DNA of 64,000 nt from Gemmatimonadales bacterium (GTDB lineage: Bacteria; Gemmatimonadota; Gemmatimonadetes; Gemmatimonadales; GWC2-71-9): contig JBAOHR010000007.1 in assembly GCA_037045245.1 (NCBI GenBank), positions 860,604 to 924,603 on the forward strand, given 5' to 3'. A program made the translations under genes and the position numbers. Shown one piece after another: positions 1 to 9,194 of the stretch; the stretch's first letter is position 1, and the number at the start of each line of letters is the position of its first letter. Below the pieces are notes generated by a model, which saw only the letters and a list, made by a program, of their open reading frames with translations, searched no databases and was not told the DNA's origin.

Positions 1-5
1 CGCCC

Positions 6-983
6 GTGTCCGCACCCGTCTCCACCTTCCTCCGCCACCACTACCGCCACTTCAACGCGGCCGCCCTGATCGACGCGGCCACCGCGTACACGGCGCACCT
101 GGATGGCGGCGGCACCATGATGATCACGATGGCGGGAGCGATGAGCACCGCGGAGCTCGGCCTCTCGCTGGCCGAGATGATCCGGCAGGGGAAGGTGCAG
201 GCGATCACCTGCACCGGCGCGAACCTCGAGGAGGACATCTTCAACCTCGTCGCGCATGACTTCTACGAGCGGGTGCCGCACTACCGCGACCTCACCCCGG
301 CCGACGAGGAGGCGCTGCTCGCGCGCCACATGAACCGCGTCACCGACACCTGCATCCCCGAGATGGAGGCGATGCGCCGGCTCGAGACTGCGGTGCTCGA
401 GGAATGGGTCGCCGCCGACCAGGCCGGCGAGCGCTACTTCCCGCACGAGTTCTTCTACCGGGTGCTGCGCAGCGGCAAGCTCGAGAAGTACTACCAGATC
501 GATCCGAAGAATTCGTGGATGCTCGCCGCGTGCGAGAAGAACCTGCCGATCTTCGTGCCGGGCTGGGAAGACTCGACCCTCGGCAACATGTTCACCGGCC
601 ACGTGATCTCGGGCGACGTCAAGAACGTCCACACCGTGCGCACCGGCATCGAGTACATGATGCGCCTCGCCGAGTGGTACATGGCGAACAGCCACGTCCC
701 CGGCGGCATCGGCTTCTTCCAGATCGGCGGCGGCATCGCCGGTGACTTCCCGATCTGCGTCGTCCCGATGCTGCACCAGGACCTGCAGCGCGAGGACATC
801 CCGGTCTGGGGCTACTTCTGCCAGATCTCCGACAGCACCACCAGCTACGGCTCCTACTCCGGCGCCGTCCCCAACGAGAAGATCACCTGGGGCAAGCTGC
901 GCGCCGACACGCCGAAGTTCATCATCGAGAGCGACGCGAGCATCGTGGCGCCGTTGATGTTTGCGTTGGTGCTGGGCTGGTAA
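6..983 (+). CDS. deoxyhypusine synthase family protein (homospermidine-synthase-like)
   Basis: 325-aa ORF. The stretches HFNAAAL, MTMAGAMSTAELG, ITCTGANLEEDIFN and GGGIAGDFP match the NAD-binding core I associate with bacterial DHS-like proteins. Start taken as GTG at 6. Confidence 0.8.
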   Translation: MSAPVSTFLRHHYRHFNAAALIDAATAYTAHLDGGGTMMITMAGAMSTAELGLSLAEMIRQGKVQAITCTGANLEEDIFNLVAHDFYERVPHYRDLTPADEEALLARHMNRVTDTCIPEMEAMRRLETAVLEEWVAADQAGERYFPHEFFYRVLRSGKLEKYYQIDPKNSWMLAACEKNLPIFVPGWEDSTLGNMFTGHVISGDVKNVHTVRTGIEYMMRLAEWYMANSHVPGGIGFFQIGGGIAGDFPICVVPMLHQDLQREDIPVWGYFCQISDSTTSYGSYSGAVPNEKITWGKLRADTPKFIIESDASIVAPLMFALVLGW

Positions 984-988
984 GAGAC

Positions 989-1084
989 GATGATCGATGA
1001 TCGATGATCGTCCATCGATTGGCCAGGGCGATCATCGGTGACGCGCCTTGACCATCGATCATCGACCATCGATCATCGATCATC
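989..1084. repeat. inverted GATGATC heptamer arrays (long hairpin) between convergent genes
   Basis: Left arm is GATGATC x3 (989-1010) and the complementary GATCATC-type arm is at 1056-1084, around a ~45-nt spacer. It lies between the stops at 983 and 1073, and the right arm covers the last codons and stop of the kinase gene. Confidence 0.85.
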
Positions 1085-2836
1085 CTGCAGTTCCCCTGCT
1101 GCATCGACCCTGTACCCCACCTCCCGCAGCTTCTCGTAATCCGCCGTCATCCCGTCGGCGGCGATCTGCCCGGCGCGCAGCTTCATCAGGTCGAGTCGCA
1201 GCGTCTCGAGCCCCATGACGGCGTCGACGCTGCGCGGGTCGGCGCGGTCGAGCGCGCGCGCCGCCAGGCGATCGATCAGGTCGGGCACCTCCGCGAGCAA
1301 CTTCTGCTCGCCAGGGGGGAGCGCCGCGTAGAGGCCGTGGATCGCACCGCCCAGGGCGATTGCCGTCGGCTCGCCCGACATCGGCGCCTCCCGGACCTTC
1401 CCCTGCCCCAGCGTCACCAGCGACCAGAGTTTCTTGCCGACCTTCGTGCCGAAGAGCCGCCCCCACCACGAGCCCTTCACGCCGTGGAGTTCGATCAGTC
1501 GGCGCACCGTGATGACCGGTGCGACCAGCGCCACGAGCATGAAGCCGATCCCGAACAGGCTCTCCGACTTGACCGTCCCCACGATCCCGAGAAACGTGGC
1601 CAGCACGCCGAGACCATTCACGGCGACGGGTCGGTCCCAGAGACCGCCGAGGCGTCCGGTCATCCGTCGGGTGCTGCCATCATCTTCGGCCTCGAGCTGT
1701 CGCACCGCCCGCAGGACCGCCTCGCGCGAATAGCCCCAGCCCGCGATGCCACGGATGGAGGCGACCTGCAACCCGAGCATCAGGAGCGTCAGCCCGGTGC
1801 CGAGCGCGGCGACCATCAGGAAGAGGAAGCTCTCGAGGCCGAGAAAGTTGTGCTCCACCACCATGTCGATCAGCGCCGCGCCGATCGCCGCGCTCAGCGT
1901 GCCACCGACCACGGCGCTGAGCTGGTTGCCCTGCACGAGTGCCTCGCGCGCAAAACGCTGCAGGCGCACCGGCAGCTGCGGCTCGAGCGCCCGCGCCCCC
2001 TGCAGCGCCGACGCGAACTCCTCCACCGAGGGCCAGCGCTGGTCGGGATCGCGCGCGAGGGCGCGATCGATCACCGACGCCGCCGCTGGAGGGAGCGCCG
2101 GCACCAGCGTCCGGATCGCCGGCGCCTCACTGCCCGACTGCTGGGCCAGCAACGCGCGCCCCTCGGCGCCCTCGAACGGCCGCCGTCCCGCGAGCGCCGC
2201 GAAGGCGGTGACGCCGAGCGCATAGACGTCGCCGCGCGCATCGGCGTCGGCGCCGAGCGCCTGCTCGGGACTCATGTAGTGCATGGTCCCCATCGCCGCA
2301 CCGACCGGCGTGTCGCCCTCGCCAAAGGCGGCGATCCCGAAGTCGGTGACCAGCGCCCGATCGCTCCCCTCCTCGAGGAGGATGTTGTCGGGCTTGATGT
2401 CGCGATGGATCACGCCGCGCGCGTGCGCATGCGCGATCGCCCAGCTCACCTCCTGCATCACGCGCAGCGCCTCCGCCATCGGCAGCGCGCCGCGCGCGCG
2501 GAGCCGCTCGCCGAGCGTCTCCCCGCGGACGTACGCCATCACGAAGAAGACCAGCGCCTCGTGCGACTCGACCGCATGGATCGGGACGATATGGGGGTGG
2601 GAGAGCTGAGCGGCGGTGCGCGCCTCGCGGAGGAAGCGCTCCCGGAGCGAGGCGTTCGCCGCGAGCGCCGGCGGGAGGAGCTTGATCGCGACCAACCGAT
2701 CGAGGGCAACCTCCCGCGCCAGGAAGACCACCCCCATCCCGCCTCGCCCCAACTCGCGGTCCAGCGAATACCGCCCGGCGACCTGGGCCTGGAGGGCAAG
2801 AAATTCGGGGGAGGGGGCGTTTTCAGATTGAAACAT
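1073..2836 (-). CDS. Ser/Thr protein kinase, membrane-anchored
   Basis: 587-aa ORF. Hanks motifs [29 protein letters not shown] and SPEQ lie in the first ~270 aa, followed by several hydrophobic segments. Confidence 0.9.
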   Translation of the reverse strand: MFQSENAPSPEFLALQAQVAGRYSLDRELGRGGMGVVFLAREVALDRLVAIKLLPPALAANASLRERFLREARTAAQLSHPHIVPIHAVESHEALVFFVMAYVRGETLGERLRARGALPMAEALRVMQEVSWAIAHAHARGVIHRDIKPDNILLEEGSDRALVTDFGIAAFGEGDTPVGAAMGTMHYMSPEQALGADADARGDVYALGVTAFAALAGRRPFEGAEGRALLAQQSGSEAPAIRTLVPALPPAAASVIDRALARDPDQRWPSVEEFASALQGARALEPQLPVRLQRFAREALVQGNQLSAVVGGTLSAAIGAALIDMVVEHNFLGLESFLFLMVAALGTGLTLLMLGLQVASIRGIAGWGYSREAVLRAVRQLEAEDDGSTRRMTGRLGGLWDRPVAVNGLGVLATFLGIVGTVKSESLFGIGFMLVALVAPVITVRRLIELHGVKGSWWGRLFGTKVGKKLWSLVTLGQGKVREAPMSGEPTAIALGGAIHGLYAALPPGEQKLLAEVPDLIDRLAARALDRADPRSVDAVMGLETLRLDLMKLRAGQIAADGMTADYEKLREVGYRVDAAGELQDDR

Positions 2837-2897
2837 GAGAAACGTACGGCGGGATCAGCATGGCGGTTTCGCTGATCGATGATCGATCACCGATGCG

Positions 2898-4793
2898 TCA
2901 GGGCTGGGGCGGGCGATACTTCGGCCGGTAGTTGCTGTCCGGGGGCGTGAATCCCTCCCGCGGTCCGCCGGGCCCGCTCGGCCGACGCCCTCCGGTGGTA
3001 TCGAACGGCGCCCGTCCGGTCCGGTTGAAGTCCATCTGCCAGGTGCCGCCCACCGGGACCCGCTTGAAGTCCTCGATCATCCGCGACGCGCGGAAGATCG
3101 TCTCGCGGAATGGCTCGAGCGTCGTCGGCTTGTAGACGTCCTGACTCGAGACGAAGTTGACGTTGAAGGCCGACCCCGGCGCGAGGTTGCGCACGGTGAT
3201 CCGCAGGTCGACCGAATCGCCGCCGCTCGGCGCCAGTTGCACCAGCACCATGCCGTCCGCGCCATCGAAGGCGACGTTGCGGACGTTTCGCTCGGTGCTC
3301 TGCTCCGGCACCACGACCTCCCAGCCTGGGGTCCCGCCGCGCACCCGCCGCGCCAGCTCCTGCGTCACCTGCGCGTTGAGCGCGGCCAGGTCCGGCGTGG
3401 TCGGCGAACGCGGCGCGGTGACCAGGACGAGGCGACGCGGCTTGCTGGTTCCGCTCGTCACGGTGGCGATCGCGGCGCCTGGCGCGACGCTGGTGGCATT
3501 CGGCACCGTCGGCGGCTGCGGCATCCGCGTGCCCCGCAACTCGCCGAGGCGGGCGCGCACGATCGAGTCGACGCTGGCGATCTGCACGTCGAGCGGCAGG
3601 GTGACCATCGTCGTCTCCACGACGGTACGCCGCGGCGTTGTGCCCCGCATCATCTCCAGCTCGCTCATCATTTGCTGGGCGATCTTGAGCGAATCGGCGC
3701 GCGTGAGCGGCTTGCCGGTCAGCGGCGCCCCCTCGAGCGAATCGCGTCCGCCCGCGACCACCACCGTGTTTGGCGCGGCCGGGGTCGCCGGTGGCGGCGA
3801 GTTCTTGATCTGCGCCCAGTACACCGCCGCGCTGAGCACCGTCAGCAGCGCCACCGCCGCCACGCCCATCGGAATGCGGCTCTTCGGCACCACCACGGCC
3901 GTCCGCTCGCCCGACGTCTCGCGATGCGCGTCGGCCGCCATCATCCCCGCAATGCGATCGAGTTCACGCAGCACCGTCTGCGCATCGGCCGGCCGCTCGC
4001 TCGGGTTCTTCGCGAGGCAGTGCGCAATGAGCACCGACAACGCCTCGGGCACTTCCGCCCGCAGGGCATGCAACGATTCCGGTGTGCGCGTGAGCTGCGC
4101 CGTCATCGTCGCCGTGGGGGAAGGCGCGGAGAATGGGCTCGCGCCGATCAGCAGTTCATACGCGAGCAACCCGACCGCATAGATGTCGACGCGATGGTCG
4201 GCGGCCGGGTCGGCGGCGAGTTGTTCGGGCGCCATGTAGGCCGGCGTGCCGATCGCCATCCCCGAGGTCGTGTGGCCGGCGATCCCGGTCGGCAGCGCGG
4301 CGAAGAGCGCCTTCGCCACGCCGAAGTCGGTGACCACGGCATGCTGCCCGTCGGAGAGGATGTTGGCCGGCTTGATGTCGCGATGGACGACGCCGCGGGC
4401 GTGCGCGTACGCCAGCGCCTCGACCACGTCGTGCAGCATGATGATGGTATCGCGGACCGGCAACGGGCCCTGCTGCTCGAGCCGATGCCGGAGCGACTCG
4501 CCCGAGATGAACGGCATGGTGAACCAGAGCAGCTCCCCGGCCTCGCCCGCGTGCAGCAGCGGCACGATGTACGGGTGGGAGAGCCGGGCCGCCAGCTGGA
4601 CCTCGCGCCGGAACCGCTCGCGATTGACCCCCGCCGCCAGCTCCCGCGGCAGGACCTTGATCACGACCTCGCGCCCCAGCGCCTGCTCGCGGGCCACGAA
4701 CACCCGGCTCATCCCGCCGCCGGTGAGTTCGCGCTCGATCAGGTAGGCATCGCCGAGGGCGGCCTTGAGGTCGGTGAGCAGGGCGTCGGTCAC
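2898..4793 (-). CDS. Ser/Thr protein kinase with one TM segment and a C-terminal extracytoplasmic region
   Basis: The track ORF is 2898..5315, but the kinase domain begins right after a GTG at 4793 ([21 protein letters not shown]). The upstream 174 codons are Arg/Ala-rich and overlap the + strand gene at 4960. Motifs: VHRDIKPANIL, TDFGVAK, YMAPEQ. Confidence 0.85.
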   Translation of the reverse strand: MTDALLTDLKAALGDAYLIERELTGGGMSRVFVAREQALGREVVIKVLPRELAAGVNRERFRREVQLAARLSHPYIVPLLHAGEAGELLWFTMPFISGESLRHRLEQQGPLPVRDTIIMLHDVVEALAYAHARGVVHRDIKPANILSDGQHAVVTDFGVAKALFAALPTGIAGHTTSGMAIGTPAYMAPEQLAADPAADHRVDIYAVGLLAYELLIGASPFSAPSPTATMTAQLTRTPESLHALRAEVPEALSVLIAHCLAKNPSERPADAQTVLRELDRIAGMMAADAHRETSGERTAVVVPKSRIPMGVAAVALLTVLSAAVYWAQIKNSPPPATPAAPNTVVVAGGRDSLEGAPLTGKPLTRADSLKIAQQMMSELEMMRGTTPRRTVVETTMVTLPLDVQIASVDSIVRARLGELRGTRMPQPPTVPNATSVAPGAAIATVTSGTSKPRRLVLVTAPRSPTTPDLAALNAQVTQELARRVRGGTPGWEVVVPEQSTERNVRNVAFDGADGMVLVQLAPSGGDSVDLRITVRNLAPGSAFNVNFVSSQDVYKPTTLEPFRETIFRASRMIEDFKRVPVGGTWQMDFNRTGRAPFDTTGGRRPSGPGGPREGFTPPDSNYRPKYRPPQP

Positions 4794-4959
4794 GTCATTC
4801 CTGGTGCGTTGGTCGGTCGGGGAACACCCCCGAGGGGTCGTCCTCTGAATATACGGCTTCGCCGGGCCGAAGGATGAGACACCCCGACGTCCCCATGGGA
4901 TGCCACGGCCACGATAGATTCCATTCCACTCACTTTCTGCCCGATGCACGAGGCACCTG

Positions 4960-6378
4960 ATGCGACGCACCCCGCCCGCCACGATTGCACCCGCCGCCCC
5001 CGGGGCGGCCCGACGCCCGAGCCGTTGCCTGGCGGCCGCCGCCCTGCTGCTGGCCGCCTGCGGTGGCGGGTCGCCCACCGGCAACAACGGCGTCGAGGTG
5101 GTGGTGATCACCCCGTCGACGCTCTCCGTCGGGGTTGGCGGCATCGACTCGCTCCGGGCCGTGGCGATCGGCGCCGGCGGCAGCGCCGTCTCGACCTCGA
5201 TCGCCTGGCGCTCCCTCGCCCCGACCATCGCCTCCGTCACCGCCACGGGCAAGGTCACCGGCCTGGTGCCCGGCAGCGCGATGGTGGTCGCCTCCGCGGG
5301 AGGCAGGGCAGACACCGTCGAGGTCCAGGTCTACGGCGAGCTGCAGTCGATCACCGTCACCATCGACCGCCCCATCATCAAGTCGAGCGACACCACCCGC
5401 GTGCGGGCCATCGGGCGTGACGTCGGCGGGCGCATCGTGCCGATCACGCCGGAGTGGTCGGTCGCCGATCCGACCGTCGCCATCGTCGCGCCCAACGGCC
5501 TCGTCCTCGGCCTGCGCTACGATGCCAACACCCCGATCTTCGCCAGCGTCAACGGCATCAACGGCTTCGCCACCGTCTCGGTCCTGCCGTCGGACGTGAA
5601 GAGCGTGGCGATCCGCCCCGACGCCGCGACGATCTCGCTCGGCACCTCCCTCGCGCTCATGGCGACCGTCACCGACGAGTTCGACGTCGAAGTCACCGAC
5701 CGCACCGTGCTCTGGACGTCGACCAACACCGACGTGATCACCGTGAGCAGCACCGGCCAGTTGCTTGCCGTCTCGCCCGGCACCGCGACGGTGCGCGCGG
5801 CCACCGGCGGCAAGTCGGGCACGGCGGCCTTCACCGTGCTGAGCGTGCCGCAGAACGTCTATCAGCTCGAGGTCACCAACCAGTTGATGGCATCGGTGCG
5901 CGTCTTCGTGAACGACTCGCTGGTGGTGGTGCTGCAGGAGAATTCCTCCAGCGCGCTGCAGCTGCCGAAGGTGCCGAGCGTCACGGTGCGCTGGTCGATC
6001 ATCCGCCCGAAGGCCGGGACCGCCGGCGAACCGCTGAACGAGACCCTTGGTACCGTGACCAGTCCGGATGGCATCGTGCGCTTCACGATCGACAACGTCA
6101 TCAACGGCACGACGTATTTCACGCCGTTCGTGCGCTCGCTCGCGACGGAGAAGTTCAATGTGGACATGACGCTGAAGGATGCGGCGGGACCGTGCGGGTG
6201 CGCGGTGTCGGCGGCCGAACCGGATCGACGCTTTGGCTATTGGCGCTACGGGCCGGGGGCGACGATGCTGCTGATCAACTCGGCCAATCCGTCGCAGACG
6301 ATTCCCATGGCCGTGCCGCTCGGCGGCATCGAGACAGGGACCGGCATCTGGCGGTCCACCATCCTCGTCGGCCCCTGA
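4960..6378 (+). CDS. lipoprotein with bacterial Ig-like (Big_2) repeats
   Basis: 472-aa ORF with signal peptide and lipobox LLLAACGG. It has repeated units of the type ITPSTLSVGVG..L.A......V..SIAW.S..P.IA.V...G.VTG..PG.A.V.A, which look Big_2-like. Confidence 0.7.
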   Translation: MRRTPPATIAPAAPGAARRPSRCLAAAALLLAACGGGSPTGNNGVEVVVITPSTLSVGVGGIDSLRAVAIGAGGSAVSTSIAWRSLAPTIASVTATGKVTGLVPGSAMVVASAGGRADTVEVQVYGELQSITVTIDRPIIKSSDTTRVRAIGRDVGGRIVPITPEWSVADPTVAIVAPNGLVLGLRYDANTPIFASVNGINGFATVSVLPSDVKSVAIRPDAATISLGTSLALMATVTDEFDVEVTDRTVLWTSTNTDVITVSSTGQLLAVSPGTATVRAATGGKSGTAAFTVLSVPQNVYQLEVTNQLMASVRVFVNDSLVVVLQENSSSALQLPKVPSVTVRWSIIRPKAGTAGEPLNETLGTVTSPDGIVRFTIDNVINGTTYFTPFVRSLATEKFNVDMTLKDAAGPCGCAVSAAEPDRRFGYWRYGPGATMLLINSANPSQTIPMAVPLGGIETGTGIWRSTILVGP

Positions 6379-6384
6379 GGGCGG

Positions 6385-6489
6385 CTACTCCTTGTAGCCG
6401 ACCGCGCGGGCGAGGACGTTCGAGACGATGAACGTCACGATGAAGAAGCCGACGAGGGCGTAGATGTAGACGAGCTCAGGCAACGGCAT
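6385..6489 (-). CDS. possible 34-aa hydrophobic micropeptide
   Basis: An ATG at 6489 with GGAG about 15 nt upstream, translating to MPLPELVYIYALVGFFIVTFIVSNVLARAVGYKE (one TM helix). It is below the ORF-track cutoff, and I recognise no homology. Confidence 0.2.
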   Translation of the reverse strand: MPLPELVYIYALVGFFIVTFIVSNVLARAVGYKE

Positions 6490-6531
6490 GGGACGCACGG
6501 GACAACTCCGGGAAAATGGCCGGGGGAAAAA

Positions 6532-7158
6532 CTAACCGAATTCGTGCAGACGGCGCTGGTCGATCAGCGCCCAGCAGCAGATCGCCACGTGGGACTCGTA
6601 CCCCGCAATCAGCCGGCGGATCGTCGCCGGCTTCATCCGCCGGAACACCACCCCCGCGGCCCGGGCCACCCCGGCATCGCCGGTCGGCCAGATCCCGGGA
6701 TGGCCGAAGCCGAAGATCGCCACCATCTGGGCGCTCCATGGCCCCAGCCCCTTGATGGTCGTGATCTCGGCGATCAGGGCGTCGGCATCGAGCCCCTGCC
6801 ACGCCGCCCGCGGATCCCCCCGTTCGGCCACGTACCGTCCCCAGGCGGCAATCGTCTTCCGCTTCCCGCGTGACAGGCCGTGCGCGGGCGGGTCGTCGGG
6901 CGGCGTCGCCATTGCCCAGCGCACCACCCCCTCCGCCGTCCCGAACGCGGCCAGCAGCCGCTCCATGATCGTGCGCGCCGCCGCCGCGGAGACGAGCTGA
7001 GCCACCACGGTCCGGACCACCAGGTCGGTCAGCGGCCGCTCATCGGGGACGATCCGCTCCAGCGGGTGCGCCAGTTCCACCAGCTTGGCCAACCGGGGAT
7101 GGCGCGCGCTGAGCTCCCGCGCCGCGACCGTGTGCGGGTCGCGGGCGGGACGCTTCAC
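6532..7158 (-). CDS. HhH-GPD superfamily DNA glycosylase (3-methyladenine glycosylase II / AlkA-like)
   Basis: 208-aa ORF. The helix-hairpin-helix plus Gly/Pro-Asp region IKGLGPWSAQMVAIFGFGHPGIWPTGDAGV is typical of HhH-GPD enzymes. Confidence 0.75.
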   Translation of the reverse strand: MKRPARDPHTVAARELSARHPRLAKLVELAHPLERIVPDERPLTDLVVRTVVAQLVSAAAARTIMERLLAAFGTAEGVVRWAMATPPDDPPAHGLSRGKRKTIAAWGRYVAERGDPRAAWQGLDADALIAEITTIKGLGPWSAQMVAIFGFGHPGIWPTGDAGVARAAGVVFRRMKPATIRRLIAGYESHVAICCWALIDQRRLHEFG

Positions 7159-7197
7159 CCCGCCGAGGCGGGTCGGATCCGGGGTACGGGCCGTGGG

Positions 7198-7608
7198 TTA
7201 CTCGCTGCCGGCCGGCTTCTCGGCCGGCGGGGCGGGCGGCTCGGTGGCCGTGGGCGCGGTGGTGCAGGTCAGCGTCGTCCCGCCCCGCTCCAGCGTCACC
7301 TCGTTCCCCTTGTTCCAGAACACCGCGGTCGAGTCGGCGTAGCGGGCCCCCGACGCCGACGTGACTTGACGGAGCCGGATCCGCTCGTCGCCGATCGCCA
7401 GCGACACCACGCCGGTGCCACTTGAGTCGGTGGCGAAGAGCGCGAAGATCTCCGTCTTCGCCGTGTCCGTGCAATTGAAGACCGCCGCGGCGGCCCCCGG
7501 CGGTGGTGCCATCGCCGCCTGCGTGCCGCTGTCGGGATTGGCGGCGTCGGAGGCGGCCTTCGGCGCACAGGCGGTGAGCAACAGGATGGCAAGCGAGCTA
7601 CGGCGCAT
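7198..7608 (-). CDS. mliC: MliC-family lipoprotein (C-type lysozyme inhibitor-like)
   Basis: 136 aa with lipobox LLLTACAP. The pattern F.C......I.A.F.........V.L.IG.E...L.QV.SASGARYAD....FW.KG.E..L is the MliC signature as I recall it. Confidence 0.6.
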   Translation of the reverse strand: MRRSSLAILLLTACAPKAASDAANPDSGTQAAMAPPPGAAAAVFNCTDTAKTEIFALFATDSSGTGVVSLAIGDERIRLRQVTSASGARYADSTAVFWNKGNEVTLERGGTTLTCTTAPTATEPPAPPAEKPAGSE

Positions 7609-7632
7609 CGAACGACTCCGGAAGAGGGCGAA

Positions 7633-8484
7633 TCAGGGGGTGTGGGACCGCTGCAGCACGGCCCAGACGGCAAAGTGATCGGAGGGCCACAGCGGCCCGA
7701 AGCGACGGCGATCGATCCCCGCGTCGCTCACGCGCCAAGAGGGATCGGCGAGGATGAAGTCGATCTTCCCGCCCGTGGAGTCGCCGCGAAAGTCGTTGAA
7801 GGTCCCCACGAGGCGCGCATCGGGATGCGCGGCGCGGAAGGTGTCGCGGAGCGGCGTGCGGCTCGCACTGACCATCGCCTGCGCCGCCGGATTGGTCTCG
7901 TCGGCGTTGAAGTCGCCGAAGACCAGGATCCCGTCGCCCGGGGCACCGTCCTGGGCGATCCGCTGGAGCAGCAGTGCCGCGCTCTTTTCTCGCGACGGCT
8001 GCGACTGGTGGTCCCAGTGATTGTTGTAGACGCGGAGCGTGTCGCCGGTGGCGCGATCGACCAACCGCGCCCACGTGCTGATCCGCGTGATCCCGTTGCC
8101 CCAGTGCTTCGAGCCCGGCACGGTGGGCGTGTCCGAGAACCAGAAGGTGCCGCTCGTCACCACGCGGAAGCGCAGGGTGTCGACCCAGAGCGCCGCATAT
8201 TCACCCGCCGCCTTGCCATCATCACGGCCGACGCCGATCTCCTGGTATCGGTGGAGCCGCTGCTCGAGTTCGTCGAGCTGGAATCGCAGCGCCTCCTGAA
8301 ACCCGATCAAGTGGGGCGCATGGTCGCGGATCAGCGTGACGACATGGTCGCGCCGGTTCAGCCAGGCATGGTCGCCGTCGTTCGCGGTGCCGTAGCGGAT
8401 GTTGAAGGTGAGCGCGCGCACCGGCGCCTGGGCCGAAACCGGGGCGGCGGCGAGCAGCAGGACGGCTGAGGCGAGGAAGCGCAT
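7633..8484 (-). CDS. endonuclease/exonuclease/phosphatase (EEP) family protein, secreted
   Basis: The track ORF extends to 8730, but the signal peptide MRFLASAVLLLAAAPVSAQA starts at the ATG at 8484. EEP motifs: LTFNIRYG, IGFQEA, VFGDFNA, SDHF. Confidence 0.8.
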   Translation of the reverse strand: MRFLASAVLLLAAAPVSAQAPVRALTFNIRYGTANDGDHAWLNRRDHVVTLIRDHAPHLIGFQEALRFQLDELEQRLHRYQEIGVGRDDGKAAGEYAALWVDTLRFRVVTSGTFWFSDTPTVPGSKHWGNGITRISTWARLVDRATGDTLRVYNNHWDHQSQPSREKSAALLLQRIAQDGAPGDGILVFGDFNADETNPAAQAMVSASRTPLRDTFRAAHPDARLVGTFNDFRGDSTGGKIDFILADPSWRVSDAGIDRRRFGPLWPSDHFAVWAVLQRSHTP

Positions 8485-8533
8485 CGGGGAATGATAATGC
8501 GCGCGAGGGCGGGCGGACGACGGGGCGCGACCC

Positions 8534-9058
8534 TCACGCCGTGCGCCGATCCGTCCACACGGCGATAAGGCAACCGATGACACCAAGGATGGCCAGCCCC
8601 GCCCCGGGCACCGCGATCCACTCGTAGGCGTCCTTGGCGGCGCCGGTCCCGCCGAGCCCGGGGGCGGCGAATGCCGCAACCATCCAGAAGGTCGGGTACA
8701 CCAGCGCGCCCGCGCCGATCGCGAGCGCACTCAGTTGCGCGATGCCACCACGTCCCGTGGTGAGCAGCATGATGCCGATCGCGCCGAGTGCCGCCGACCC
8801 GATCGCCCCACCATGCATGTGCGCGCGCAGGAGGTAGGTCCACGACTTGTCGACCACCGCATCAAGCTTCGCGACGTCACCGCCGTACGCGGTGGCGAGC
8901 ACGGCCTCGCCCGAGGCCTTGAGATGCGCGAGGATCGAGGGCTCCATCAGGCCGAACGCGCCTCCGAGGAGAAAGCCGAGCAGGATGCCGACGAGCGCCA
9001 GCGAGAGGCCGATCATCATCGGCGCGGGAATCGTGCGGGAGGAATAGTTGGTGGGCAT
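8534..9058 (-). CDS. integral membrane protein, unknown function
   Basis: The ATG at 9058 (MPTNYSS..) precedes four Gly/Ala-rich hydrophobic segments. The upstream part of track ORF 8534..9568 is Arg/Ser-rich shadow sequence. Confidence 0.5.
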   Translation of the reverse strand: MPTNYSSRTIPAPMMIGLSLALVGILLGFLLGGAFGLMEPSILAHLKASGEAVLATAYGGDVAKLDAVVDKSWTYLLRAHMHGGAIGSAALGAIGIMLLTTGRGGIAQLSALAIGAGALVYPTFWMVAAFAAPGLGGTGAAKDAYEWIAVPGAGLAILGVIGCLIAVWTDRRTA

Positions 9059-9194
9059 GGTGGCACTCCGGACTGCGGGGAGGAGTCGTGCAGTGCCGAA
9101 GAGTATGTCGCGGTCGGTCGATAGATAGGACGCGCCGGAAAGTCGAATGCGGAGCGCGTGGCTCCGCATTCGACCGGCTGGCAGCACGCGCGAT

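Noticed and set aside
1337-2875. 512-aa + strand ORF opposite the kinase gene. Similar long antisense ORFs occur at 3237..4877, 10974..12641, 14390..15541, 16477..18594, 21452..22570, 24295..26022, 26400..28304, 32171..33946, 34807..36426 and 43891..45171.
   Set aside because: All are Arg/Gly/Pro/Asp-rich low-complexity translations that lie exactly opposite genes with clear family motifs. These are typical shadow ORFs of very GC-rich DNA.
4794-5315. N-terminal extensions given by the ORF track. Examples: 2898..5315, 7633..8730, 8534..9568, 17599..19227, 18546..19823, 19895..20539, 39002..40078, 39936..40538.
   Set aside because: The extensions are compositionally shadow-like, run through repeats or neighbouring genes, and recognisable domains or signal peptides begin at internal start codons.
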